Virus record (IMG/VR): IMGVR_UViG_3300042197_002243
Reading direction: 5' to 3' (one strand)
DNA: 64,000 nucleotides
From: a virus
In this document: positions 53,513-62,308 of the stretch, piece after piece
Layout of the letters: every line of letters begins with the position of its first letter
How positions within the stretch are numbered: position 1 is the stretch's first letter
Made by a program: the position numbers and the translations under genes
Notes under the pieces: generated by a model
What the model was told of the DNA's origin: nothing
Databases searched by the model: none
The model's input: the letters and a program-made list of their open reading frames with translations, nothing else

Positions 53513-53542
53513 ATTATACCATCCTTGAAGTGTAATCGGCAA
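53513..53542 (-). promoter_or_regulatory. Sigma70-type promoter TTGCCG-N18-TATAAT
   Basis: Read directly. Confidence 0.5.
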
Positions 53543-54279
53543 GTAGGCCAATCTTCCCATGCACCATCCCACCGTTCAGGATAGATTTCAATATATTTGG
53601 TGATTCTATTTGCTCGCAGGCACCCACGCTCACCCGTGGGCACCCATTCAAAGTTTTTCCATTTGTATTCCGAATTATACCGCACATCATTTCTTTCGAT
53701 GAGTTCAAGGGTATGTGTGTTACGATGGTCAGAATACCACAATCGACCACTAGGATCAATCCAGTAGTGAGTCATGGTGCCACCGATACCATAGTCCTCT
53801 ATGTCCTTTGTTTGACAGGTTACATCAGTAAACTGAGGGCCCAAATTATATGATGAGCGCACATAATCGAACATACCCATGGTTACTTACCCGTAATACA
53901 TGATACTGCAATCGCAGTGGACTTCGTTGCTTCTGCCATTTGTCTATATCCAGTTCCAACATAGATCTGCCCACCGACTACAGTGACAGCCATGATTCCC
54001 CAGAATACATAATACCAACTAGATTTTACTTGGTGATTCATTTTGCGTTCTTGAATAGATTGTGATAGTATACCACCTCTGGATTATCTAGGTCTTTACA
54101 ACGAGGGTAATAGATACCGTCTCGGTAACAACCATTTTTAGGATCTTGTTTGTCATATTTTATCATCGCTGCAGGGTGGTCTCTGAAGTTACAGAATTCC
54201 CCATGGCGGCGAATATAATTGTCCAAACACAAAGCACCAACAAATGGTGCAAGACCCTGGAGTATGTAGAGAGTATACA

Positions 54280-55461
54280 TTAGCGTTTGATTACAGAAAC
54301 TGCAGGTTGACCTTGGTTGAAGATAGTATCGACAACCGCTTGCACTTTGCGGGAGGTGCTGATACCCACATTATCATAAACGGGCACACAAACCAACCCA
54401 AATGTCTTGGATTTATCACCAAGTCGAATGACACGGCCAATGGTCTGGGAGATACCAATGTAGTCCATGTTTCGCATGAACAGCACTGCTTCAAGACCAG
54501 ACACGTTGATACCTTCAGAAAGGATGCTATGATGCATCACAACAAACTTCTTGGAGGAATCTTTCCCCCAGGCATTAAGAGTGTCAAAGAACTGCTCACG
54601 ATTGACCTTCTGACCATCAATCACAGCACCAGTCTTGGATGTAATCATCATCCAAGAATAACCGCGCTGCTGCAGTTGCACACAGAAATCAGATTCTGAT
54701 ACCAGACCGATGATCTGTTTGGTAGTGCGAGCACAAATCAAAATCTTCTGAACACCTTGCTCGTCGATTGTCTCGATCAAATTGTCAGCATCGCGGGAGA
54801 AAATCACCTGCTTACCCTTGACCATTTGCAGTTGCTTGACAACAACCTTCGGAGGAAGAATATAACCCTGCTTCACCAGTTCGGGTGCAGGAACCTGACA
54901 GATTACTTGGCCATAAACTTCAGGCAGGTTCATGCCAGGTTTGGAAATAGTAGCAGAATGTTTAGGAGTTGCAGTAAAGAAATAGCAGCGGTCAGCAGTA
55001 GAAGCAAAGTGCTCCGTAGCAGGAAAAAAGTGACGCTGAACGCTGTTATGTGCCTCATCAAAGTAAATGGTATCGACAGCAATTCCTGCCTCTTGAATAC
55101 GATTCAGAGAGTTATAGGTGGTGAAAATCAGTTGATGACGATTTGCAATTTCGCAAGCAACATCATGTGCCTGAATTTCAGATACTTTAGTGGTGCTGAA
55201 ATGATGAGTCTCACCAGAGTGGACGTGCATCACTTCAGCATTAGTGATATGCTCAAGAAATTCGCTGGACAACTGATCTGCCAGCAAGATGCGCGGCGCA
55301 CAGACTACAATAGTCTTGGCAGTTTCTGATTGAAACAGACGCAGAGCATCATAGATCATTTTTAGGGTCTTACCCCCGCCCGTTGGCACCAAAATCTGAC
55401 CTTTCTTATACTTCTGCATCGCAGCAACAGCGCGGTGTTGATGTGGGCGGAGCGTGATCAT
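54280..55461 (-). CDS. SF2 DEAH-box helicase (ResIII-like); start revised to MITLRPHQ
   Basis: LRPHQ Q-motif, PTGGGKT, DEAH, TATP, LSEGIN, QTIGRVIR. Confidence 0.9.
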   Translation of the reverse strand: MITLRPHQHRAVAAMQKYKKGQILVPTGGGKTLKMIYDALRLFQSETAKTIVVCAPRILLADQLSSEFLEHITNAEVMHVHSGETHHFSTTKVSEIQAHDVACEIANRHQLIFTTYNSLNRIQEAGIAVDTIYFDEAHNSVQRHFFPATEHFASTADRCYFFTATPKHSATISKPGMNLPEVYGQVICQVPAPELVKQGYILPPKVVVKQLQMVKGKQVIFSRDADNLIETIDEQGVQKILICARTTKQIIGLVSESDFCVQLQQRGYSWMMITSKTGAVIDGQKVNREQFFDTLNAWGKDSSKKFVVMHHSILSEGINVSGLEAVLFMRNMDYIGISQTIGRVIRLGDKSKTFGLVCVPVYDNVGISTSRKVQAVVDTIFNQGQPAVSVIKR

Positions 55462-55478
55462 GAATTGCGTTTCAATAG

Positions 55479-55540
55479 GGCCATTATACGACAAAAGGGG
55501 GTCCTTGTGGACCCCTCTGTGACGGTTCTAAAACTGGATC
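55479..55540 (-). promoter_or_regulatory. Early promoter cassette K (TATAAT-GGCC; hairpin GGGGTCC/GGACCCC)
   Basis: Repeat family member. Confidence 0.75.
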
Positions 55541-56636
55541 AGAGGCGATCCAGAGGCACCAGGCGATTCAGGGAGCGCAGTTTCTTGTGATCTTCATCGT
55601 CAGCGAACTGAGGAATCACACCCAGAATCGTAAAAGGACGCTCTTTAGCAACAGAAATCGAGATACCATTCAGTTGATTGTTAATCAATTGAACAGACTC
55701 TGCATAGAACATTTCCAGATCTTTCTGGAAGTTGTCAGAGTTCTCGCGCACTTTTTCTGCAGTGCGATCAGTGCTGTAGAGCACGATGTAGGTGTGGTGA
55801 CCTTTCATTGCATTTGCAAGAATGTGGTCAATCCAACAACGTCGAGCATTGGTCTTGCCAGTGCTGTAGAAAACCAGTTGGTTCTCATCAAAAGGAGTCG
55901 GTTCATCGGGCATTGCGATACCAAGTTCCTTCACTTCTTTGCAGCTGCCAAGGTAATCAACCCACTCAGCGCGATCCTTCAGAATCACAATCGGGTCACC
56001 TTCAGGAGTTACTTCAGAAAGAATGCGATTAGCAATCTTAGTGATGGTGCCCGCGATGTTGTTGAAGAAACGCTCTACTTCAACTTCGTTATACAACCAA
56101 GACTCAATCGAAGCATAGTCTGGGTTCAGGAGATTGCGGGAAATAGCAGCAGTACCAGCGCGAACAAAGTCGTTCATATCAGCACGTCGAGCCACAAGGT
56201 GGTCATTGGCAATGATGCCATCCACAATGTCGGACATTGCTTCATATTCTTCAGGATAAGTATAGACCGCGACAGGAATATACTTCCAACCTTGCATAAT
56301 AGCAGCACGAATACGAGTGCGGCCATCTTTGATCTTGCCGTTGCTGGAAACAATCGGAGGGAAGCAAGTATAGTTCCAACCGTTGCGCTCATAGCTGTAA
56401 GCGATGGTTTCGGTAGCACCATCTTGGTTTTGGTCATCACGAACTGCTGCGTTGTTCAGTTCGTCAGAATACAGTTTGTATCCAGAAATATCCAGTTTGG
56501 AAAACTTCAGAAACTTTCCATACTTTTGGAAGGAATCGAGTTCTTCTTGTGTCCAAAGACCTTCGTATTGTGAAGGATCAAGGTCGGCACAAGTCACCTT
56601 GAATTTTTTAACGGAGTTAATCATTGCAATTTGCAT
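55539..56636 (-). CDS. Protein with ParB/Srx-like N-terminal domain
   Basis: PPIV....KIKDGRTRIRAA...G...IPV..Y. Confidence 0.6.
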   Translation of the reverse strand: MQIAMINSVKKFKVTCADLDPSQYEGLWTQEELDSFQKYGKFLKFSKLDISGYKLYSDELNNAAVRDDQNQDGATETIAYSYERNGWNYTCFPPIVSSNGKIKDGRTRIRAAIMQGWKYIPVAVYTYPEEYEAMSDIVDGIIANDHLVARRADMNDFVRAGTAAISRNLLNPDYASIESWLYNEVEVERFFNNIAGTITKIANRILSEVTPEGDPIVILKDRAEWVDYLGSCKEVKELGIAMPDEPTPFDENQLVFYSTGKTNARRCWIDHILANAMKGHHTYIVLYSTDRTAEKVRENSDNFQKDLEMFYAESVQLINNQLNGISISVAKERPFTILGVIPQFADDEDHKKLRSLNRLVPLDRL

Positions 56637-56699
56637 AGTAAATGAACAACAAGACTGCTAGGAGCATGTCTTGGTCAGCGAGTCATCCCTCACCAACAG

Positions 56700-56760
56700 G
56701 GCCAATATAACCGATTTAAAAGAACTCGTCAAGGCCCCCGACCAGTTCATGAGTTGTCAC
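56700..56760 (-). promoter_or_regulatory. Early promoter cassette L (TTGACG-N17-TATATT-GGCC)
   Basis: Repeat family member. Confidence 0.75.
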
Positions 56761-57228
56761 AGTGTCAGTCACCTTGTTACCAAGCACTCTCACCATAAGA
56801 TCCAACGATCTCTGATGTGGACGACCCTTCCATCCATACCATTTGCTTTTCTTACCTAAAGCATATGGTGGAAGCTTTCCTACGGAAAGATACTGCTCCG
56901 CAGTAAGGTCATAGATGTTATCTTCATTCTGCAACCACCAATGAGTCTCACCACGGTAATCAATACCACTCATTGGTTGTAACTTATCAGTATCCATCAG
57001 ATAAAACAATGCCTGTGTAGAGTGATAGCAATGCCCATATGTTGGATTTGTTTGATTCTCTGCACGATACTTAGGTGACAAAAGATCTGGTGTGAGATTG
57101 CGTTTAATCAATCCCATCACCAGAGCCATGTTGTGTTCACAGTATCTGTAAGGTTGAAACTCCAGTCTCCGAGTCTTATAGATCTGATCTCCGTTGTACT
57201 TATGTCTCTCTACAATCTTTATAGCCAT
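56716..57228 (-). CDS. Hypothetical with Cys-His-Asp (YunG/transglutaminase-like) pattern
   Basis: GHCY...THWWL...YDLTAEQY. Confidence 0.6.
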   Translation of the reverse strand: MAIKIVERHKYNGDQIYKTRRLEFQPYRYCEHNMALVMGLIKRNLTPDLLSPKYRAENQTNPTYGHCYHSTQALFYLMDTDKLQPMSGIDYRGETHWWLQNEDNIYDLTAEQYLSVGKLPPYALGKKSKWYGWKGRPHQRSLDLMVRVLGNKVTDTVTTHELVGGLDEFF

Positions 57229-57249
57229 CTTATCAACCCGGACAAAGCG

Positions 57250-57279
57250 ATTCTACAGGGATTTATGCTGTTCTGTCAA
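57250..57279 (-). promoter_or_regulatory. Sigma70-type promoter TTGACA-N18-TAGAAT
   Basis: Read directly. Confidence 0.6.
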
Positions 57280-57690
57280 GTACCACAGATATTCTTCATA
57301 CAACACTTCTTCCATTTGAGATGCCTGAATTTCCCAGGGTTGATCTTCATAATCAAGATCGGAGCAATCAATACCTTTCCACAGTCTCTTCTGACCTTTA
57401 TCGCGCAATGCACCTTTGACATGTTGATACACATGCCAGAGTTCATGTAGAAGAGTTTTTGTATAATTTTCTGGTGTCATGAAGTTGTGCATCTCAATCT
57501 CAAATGCACGAGGACGATAATCACAATCCATCACAGTACACCATCCATAGACACCTTCACGATACAGGCCACGATGATGCACAACAATATCCAATTTGTG
57601 TCTGGGAAGGTGTTTCTCTATAAACCACTCTACAATGCGCTCACAGCGGCGTTTGGAATAGTTATAACCCGAGATATCAAGAAACAGCAT
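57253..57690 (-). CDS. Zincin-type metallopeptidase-like protein
   Basis: TLLHELWH..Q (HExxH) plus PWE..A. Confidence 0.75.
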   Translation of the reverse strand: MLFLDISGYNYSKRRCERIVEWFIEKHLPRHKLDIVVHHRGLYREGVYGWCTVMDCDYRPRAFEIEMHNFMTPENYTKTLLHELWHVYQHVKGALRDKGQKRLWKGIDCSDLDYEDQPWEIQASQMEEVLYEEYLWYLTEQHKSL

Positions 57691-57801
57691 AATTCAACAC
57701 CGATTCAGTTACTTTAACACCCCAGTGCAAAAAGTTCACGAATGCACCGATAAAGACCAGTTTTTCGGTTAATGACAGTCTCATGGACTCCCGTTGACTG
57801 T

Positions 57802-57851
57802 AGCTATTATAAAACCCCTCAGAGGCGCTCTGAGGGGTCAGGTGGACACTT
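57802..57851 (-). promoter_or_regulatory. Variant cassette M (TATAAT-AGCT; 11-bp hairpin ACCCCTCAGAG/CTCTGAGGGGT)
   Basis: Marks the start of the early region; the hairpin may also terminate the upstream module. Confidence 0.65.
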
Positions 57852-58443
57852 ATTGATCTGGTGGTGGCAATCGTCGCTCTGATAATGGCATACCTAGGTA
57901 TGGCCTGCCGTCATAGATATAATTTTTATATTTTCCATCGGCATTTATATAATGTAAAAATGCTTGCAAGTACCAATCTTGCTCAAAAGGTGGTCTCCAG
58001 TGATAAAGATCGCACCCACGATATAAACAAAGATCTCCGGGTTCAAGAAGAACTTCTACAGCATCACTGAGATCTTCTTTTGTTGAAAAATAAATTGGAT
58101 TGATTGAAGTTTCCTTTGGAATTCCAAGAGCCAATGTTGCAGAAAGTTCGCATGATGATCGGTCTTGATGAATTACTAATTCATCACCTTTTCCATACAA
58201 TCTCGTATAGGTATATGTTGGCAGTAATTTATACCCAACTATATTACTCAGAGAATTTGTAGAATTGCCAAGAATAGTTTCCATTAAAGGATCACTATAA
58301 AAAGTAAAACTATTGGGTGCTTGTGTATCACCAATAATCGCTTGACCTGCACGAAGTCTTGTATAAAAATATGACTGTATAAACCGAACGAAATCTTGAT
58401 CTAAAAAATTTCTAACAATTTCATATCCTTTTTCTTTAAACAT
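57850..58443 (-). CDS. 2OG-Fe(II) oxygenase
   Basis: PTY.Y.R.Y..GD.L..HQDR..CE.S.T; HWR.PF; Q.FLHY. Confidence 0.85.
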   Translation of the reverse strand: MFKEKGYEIVRNFLDQDFVRFIQSYFYTRLRAGQAIIGDTQAPNSFTFYSDPLMETILGNSTNSLSNIVGYKLLPTYTYTRLYGKGDELVIHQDRSSCELSATLALGIPKETSINPIYFSTKEDLSDAVEVLLEPGDLCLYRGCDLYHWRPPFEQDWYLQAFLHYINADGKYKNYIYDGRPYLGMPLSERRLPPPDQ

Positions 58444-58446
58444 AAC

Positions 58447-59103
58447 TCACCTCAAATTTGGTCCATGAATCCATGCAACTAAGGAGTATCTTTCTCCTTT
58501 TGTAACGGGAGTAACTTCGTGTAACGTATGTGATGGGAAAAATACCATCATACCTTTTTGTTTTGAAATAACAGTTGGATTATGAGATAGGTGTAATAAT
58601 AACTCCCCGCCTTCATAATCATTGGGATCTGATAGCTGTAATGACATGCTCAACTTACGATTATGTGGTAATGCCCACGGTGTTGGATCTGTGTGTGCAT
58701 GATAAGTTCCTTCTTCTGAACTTAGGTAATGTGTAAATTGAAGTCTTTCAATTTTTTCTAAATCAAAATTCCAAAATTGTTGGTTATTTTGCTTTACAAC
58801 GTCAGTAATTTTTCTGAATATCCACTCTGTTTCGGAATTTGCACCGATCCAGGATACAAAAGACCTTCTGTGATCTAAACAATCTTCTCCCCGACCTCCA
58901 GTTTTAGCTCTTTTGGGACTTAATCTTTTGCCAATTACAACAATTCGCTCAATTTGATCGTCGGTAAAAACATTAGTATTCCAACACCAGTTTTCCGTTG
59001 GGTGGGAGTTTAAATGCCAATATTCCGATCCAGTATTATTTGTTGGATCATTTTGAATAATATCATCAAAGTTATAATTATAGGAAAAATATTTAGAAAT
59101 CAT
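58447..59103 (-). CDS. 2OG-Fe(II) oxygenase, prolyl-4-hydroxylase/PKHD-like
   Basis: HTD, RKLS.S.QL...DYEGGEL, FPS..LHEVTPVTKGERYSLVAW. Confidence 0.9.
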   Translation of the reverse strand: MISKYFSYNYNFDDIIQNDPTNNTGSEYWHLNSHPTENWCWNTNVFTDDQIERIVVIGKRLSPKRAKTGGRGEDCLDHRRSFVSWIGANSETEWIFRKITDVVKQNNQQFWNFDLEKIERLQFTHYLSSEEGTYHAHTDPTPWALPHNRKLSMSLQLSDPNDYEGGELLLHLSHNPTVISKQKGMMVFFPSHTLHEVTPVTKGERYSLVAWIHGPNLR

Positions 59104-59647
59104 AATTTACCTTTGGAAAGTCTGCAATCGACTGACAAGATTCTATTTGAGAGTATACTTCCATTTCCCATAAATTGCAACTTTCATTGTGATCTTCAAT
59201 TAAATTGGAGATATTGATAATATCTTCTGCAGAAAATTCATAATATTGAAAACGAAGTTTAAGTGCAAATGTTTTTTCTGGATTTTGTTCTGCTCTCTGC
59301 TTAAGAATGAGTAACTCCAATCTTGTTTCAGAATCTGTAGAAATTAAAATATCTTTATATGAAAGCAAACCTTCTTTTTTTTGATTTACTTTTTCTGTCA
59401 CCAGAACTTTAAGAGTTAATTTATTCATCTCAAGATTTTCTGGACTAGATTCATACTCAGAAATCTCGGGTGAACGAATGTTTATCCATCCAAGGTTATC
59501 CCAACCAGCCCATTTGAGATCACGAATTTCTTCATCGGAAAGTCCAGGAAGACCAGCAATGTTTCTCCAATTTTCTGGCAATTCCTGAACTTTATCTAGT
59601 ATAATTTTATTTTGTGGGTCAACTAAAACATAAAAATTGATCATCAC
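59093..59647 (-). CDS. DUF4376-like tail-fibre-associated protein
   Basis: LPENWRNIAGL...L..AGW; I.TD..T.....L; H...C..WE pattern. Confidence 0.6.
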   Translation of the reverse strand: MMINFYVLVDPQNKIILDKVQELPENWRNIAGLPGLSDEEIRDLKWAGWDNLGWINIRSPEISEYESSPENLEMNKLTLKVLVTEKVNQKKEGLLSYKDILISTDSETRLELLILKQRAEQNPEKTFALKLRFQYYEFSAEDIINISNLIEDHNESCNLWEMEVYSQIESCQSIADFPKVNYDF

Positions 59648-60126
59648 TCTTCAGTTTCTTCCTCTTGAATTTTTTTCTTTCTTCTTGATGATGCTTCTAA
59701 TTTTGGTTTTTCTTCTGAATGTATATTTGCAGGAAGAATTCCGTATTTTTCATTTACTTTGGATATTTGTTTTTTATCTTTATCCGACATTTGCCATGGA
59801 GCAGCTCCTTTCCAATGCACACTATTTGGTTGATCGAGATCCCAAGATCTCCAAGCGGTGAAATCTTGCTTAGGTCTTTTTAAAATTTCAACACCACATG
59901 CAGCAGCAAGTTGTTCCATAAGTTCAACAGCTTCAACGGGATTGCAAAGATAATACAAAAAAGTAGTGTCTCCACGGAGCATAATTTCAATCACCCCCCC
60001 AGTCGTTTGACCGCAGGTTATTGCTCTGGCTCTATTATCATTTGATTTTAATGCAGCAAGTTCTCTTTTTTCATGATATGTTTCAATTTCTTGCCTTATT
60101 TTTGATTTGGGTTTTTTCGCAACCAT
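59644..60126 (-). CDS. Hypothetical protein
   Basis: ORF track; ATAAATA at 60155-60161 upstream. Confidence 0.7.
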   Translation of the reverse strand: MVAKKPKSKIRQEIETYHEKRELAALKSNDNRARAITCGQTTGGVIEIMLRGDTTFLYYLCNPVEAVELMEQLAAACGVEILKRPKQDFTAWRSWDLDQPNSVHWKGAAPWQMSDKDKKQISKVNEKYGILPANIHSEEKPKLEASSRRKKKIQEEETEE

Positions 60127-60157
60127 AATTATTCAGTAAAAAATTATTTTAGTTTAT

Positions 60158-60751
60158 TTATTCCTGTGGTTCTGACTCCCAAGTTGGCCACCAAGAAGCA
60201 TTTTCTGGATTATATCTGTAAAGTTTTCCATCTCCATGCAAATTATAAGTTTTTTCTGGATCTGGTTCCCATTCAAGGGTGGTTTCATTTAAAACATATC
60301 CTTCTACTGTGGGGTTGGGATCAAAAAATTTGTTTTGACTGGTATTATATTCCCAACCAATAATTGGATTATTTGTTGGCATATTTTCTAAATTAAATTC
60401 TAAAACATCAAATTCTTCTTTGTTTATCTTAATTAATATCTCATTGTTGTTCAACTTCTCATAAAAAATATGACATGGTGAATCGGTATTATAAATTGGT
60501 TTACCGTCAGATGTATTAATATTAATCAACAATTTTCCTTCATTATCACATCCACAATTAACTGGGTAAGTAATTCCAGTTTCATCTATAACGTTAACTG
60601 GGAACGTAATTCCAATTTCATCTATAATGTTAACTGTTGTAACAATTCCAACAACTTGATTGTGGTAAATTTTTTCTATGGTATTTGTGCCTTTTTGTAA
60701 AAACACAAGCATTGGTATGACATTAAAATTGGTATTCATTGTGCGCTCCAA
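60158..60751 (-). CDS. Hypothetical fibre-module protein with a 12-aa tandem duplication
   Basis: VNIIDEIGITFP/VNVIDETGITYP; C-terminal IGW.Y.....F..P.P..G..LNE.T..WE. Confidence 0.65.
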   Translation of the reverse strand: MERTMNTNFNVIPMLVFLQKGTNTIEKIYHNQVVGIVTTVNIIDEIGITFPVNVIDETGITYPVNCGCDNEGKLLININTSDGKPIYNTDSPCHIFYEKLNNNEILIKINKEEFDVLEFNLENMPTNNPIIGWEYNTSQNKFFDPNPTVEGYVLNETTLEWEPDPEKTYNLHGDGKLYRYNPENASWWPTWESEPQE

Positions 60752-61668
60752 CTAATAGTTACAAATCCTGTACCAGGTTGTCCGACGCTAATGGGATATG
60801 ATGTTTGTGGTGTTGTTGTAACATTTGGCGTAGTGCTTGGAGTCGCCGCTGATCCAGCATTACCTGGGTTTGCTGTTCCGGGGTTTCCAGCAGTTCCATT
60901 AGTTCCAGCATTTCCTGTGTTGGCTCCCCCGCCGCCGCCGCCGCCTCCGCCTACAACGGGCACCTCGATCCGAGGATCGAATACAGATCCGCCACCGCCG
61001 CCATGGCCGCCGCTGCCGGCACTTCCACCGCCACCTGCGCCACCACCCCCACCGCCGTGGTAGCCGGCAGAGCCCCCAGGACTACCGCCAGGATTCCCCC
61101 CAGCACCACCAGGGTCGGGGCCGCCGCCGGAAGGAGGCCCGTCGCCGCCACGGTTGCCGCCGCCCCCGCCGCTGCCGGCACTACCAGAAGTTCCAGCATT
61201 ACCGGGATTTCCAGATCCAGCGTTACCCGCAGATCCGCCAGGGAATGTTATTCCCAAAGCTGTTGTTGGAGTTCCGGCATTTCCTGCCGATCCAGCACTA
61301 CCAGCATTTCCCGATGAACCCGCATTTGCTGTTCCGGCGTTCCCGGTACTGCCGCCGCCAGCATTACCTCCGCTGCCCGGGTTGCCTGGATTGCCGTACC
61401 CGAATTCGGCTGGACCTTCTCCCCATTGGTGCACGGCGAAGCCCCCATCCCCGCCACCGCCACTGACACCATTGTTACCGGGGTTTCCATTGCCCCTAGC
61501 ACCTCCGCTGCCTCCTGTTCCAGCGTTTCCTGGGTTGCCAGTTCCGCCCTTTCCTTGTACATCAACACGCAATAATCTTGCAGGAGTTGTAAATGTTCCT
61601 GGTGCATTAAATGTAACTGAACTTGCGGCTGTCATATTACCGCGATAGATTGATCTTCCTGCTGCCAT
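60736..61668 (-). CDS. Glycine-rich (G-X-X/poly-Gly) putative fibre-tip adhesin
   Basis: TFNAPGTFT.P.....V.V.G.GG.G start; GNPGNAG repeats; YPISVG...GFVTISW end. Confidence 0.75.
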   Translation of the reverse strand: MAAGRSIYRGNMTAASSVTFNAPGTFTTPARLLRVDVQGKGGTGNPGNAGTGGSGGARGNGNPGNNGVSGGGGDGGFAVHQWGEGPAEFGYGNPGNPGSGGNAGGGSTGNAGTANAGSSGNAGSAGSAGNAGTPTTALGITFPGGSAGNAGSGNPGNAGTSGSAGSGGGGGNRGGDGPPSGGGPDPGGAGGNPGGSPGGSAGYHGGGGGGAGGGGSAGSGGHGGGGGSVFDPRIEVPVVGGGGGGGGGANTGNAGTNGTAGNPGTANPGNAGSAATPSTTPNVTTTPQTSYPISVGQPGTGFVTISWSAQ

Positions 61669-61684
61669 TGTTCTTTTAGTAAGT

Positions 61685-62296
61685 TTACTCTAAATAAAAC
61701 CAACCTGTTACTATATATTTAGATTTTTCTCCATGTACAACATTTCCTCTATGAGTATGAGTATATGCTGCTGGCCATATTACACAAGTATTTTCTTTAG
61801 GAGGAACTCTCAATTTTTGATATAAGAATTCTGTTTCTCCTGCTTCATCAATATTATTCAAGTAAATTGCCCACGCTAAACAACGATCTGTCATGTCATG
61901 ATTGTTTTGTTCACAATGCCAAATATGATAACCTTCACCTGGATTTGTTTTTTGAATTTTTATAGTGGTTGATCGAAGCATCAAGTCTTGCAAAATATCA
62001 TATTGATTTGTATATGCATCGAAACAACGTTGCAATCCATTTTGCAAGATATTCCTTACATTATGATCATAAAATTCATCAAATACGCTATTGTGATTTG
62101 TCATGTCCAAAAAATAAAAAGAATCACTTTTTCTATGTTTCCTTGCATTTTCACTTTCTTTTCTTGTTCCACAAAGTCCTTGTTCAAAAACTTTATCAAA
62201 TTGACTAATTACATGTTGACAAAAACCTTGTGGGAATACATTTTCATAAAACCCGATGAAGTCAATGTATCGTTCAGTCAGTTCAGGAATCATCAT
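61685..62296 (-). CDS. 2OG-Fe(II) oxygenase
   Basis: GYH.WHCE, YLN....GETEF, WPA.YTH.HRGN, KYIVTGW. Confidence 0.88.
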   Translation of the reverse strand: MMIPELTERYIDFIGFYENVFPQGFCQHVISQFDKVFEQGLCGTRKESENARKHRKSDSFYFLDMTNHNSVFDEFYDHNVRNILQNGLQRCFDAYTNQYDILQDLMLRSTTIKIQKTNPGEGYHIWHCEQNNHDMTDRCLAWAIYLNNIDEAGETEFLYQKLRVPPKENTCVIWPAAYTHTHRGNVVHGEKSKYIVTGWFYLE

Positions 62297-62308
62297 AGTT
62301 TATAAGAA

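Larger units (their letters stand above)
50302..54280 (-). other. Run of tightly coupled small hypothetical CDSs (50302-50502, 50499-50966, 50948-51250, 51247-51528, 51488-51673, 51670-51846, 51843-52070, 52003-52275, 52297-52650, 52625-52963, 52954-53217, 53207-53485, 53482-53880, 53883-54041, 54038-54280)
   Basis: Head-to-tail minus-strand ORFs with overlapping stop/start codons; 52003-52275 has two CxxC pairs; 53482-53880 begins MGMFD; several starts uncertain. Confidence 0.7.

Noticed and set aside
55587-56573. 328-aa plus-strand ORF
   Set aside because: Fully antisense to the ParB-like gene, no recognisable motifs; consistent with a codon-bias shadow.
60791-61648. Proline-rich plus-strand ORFs
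   Set aside because: Reverse complement of Gly codons in the glycine-rich gene.
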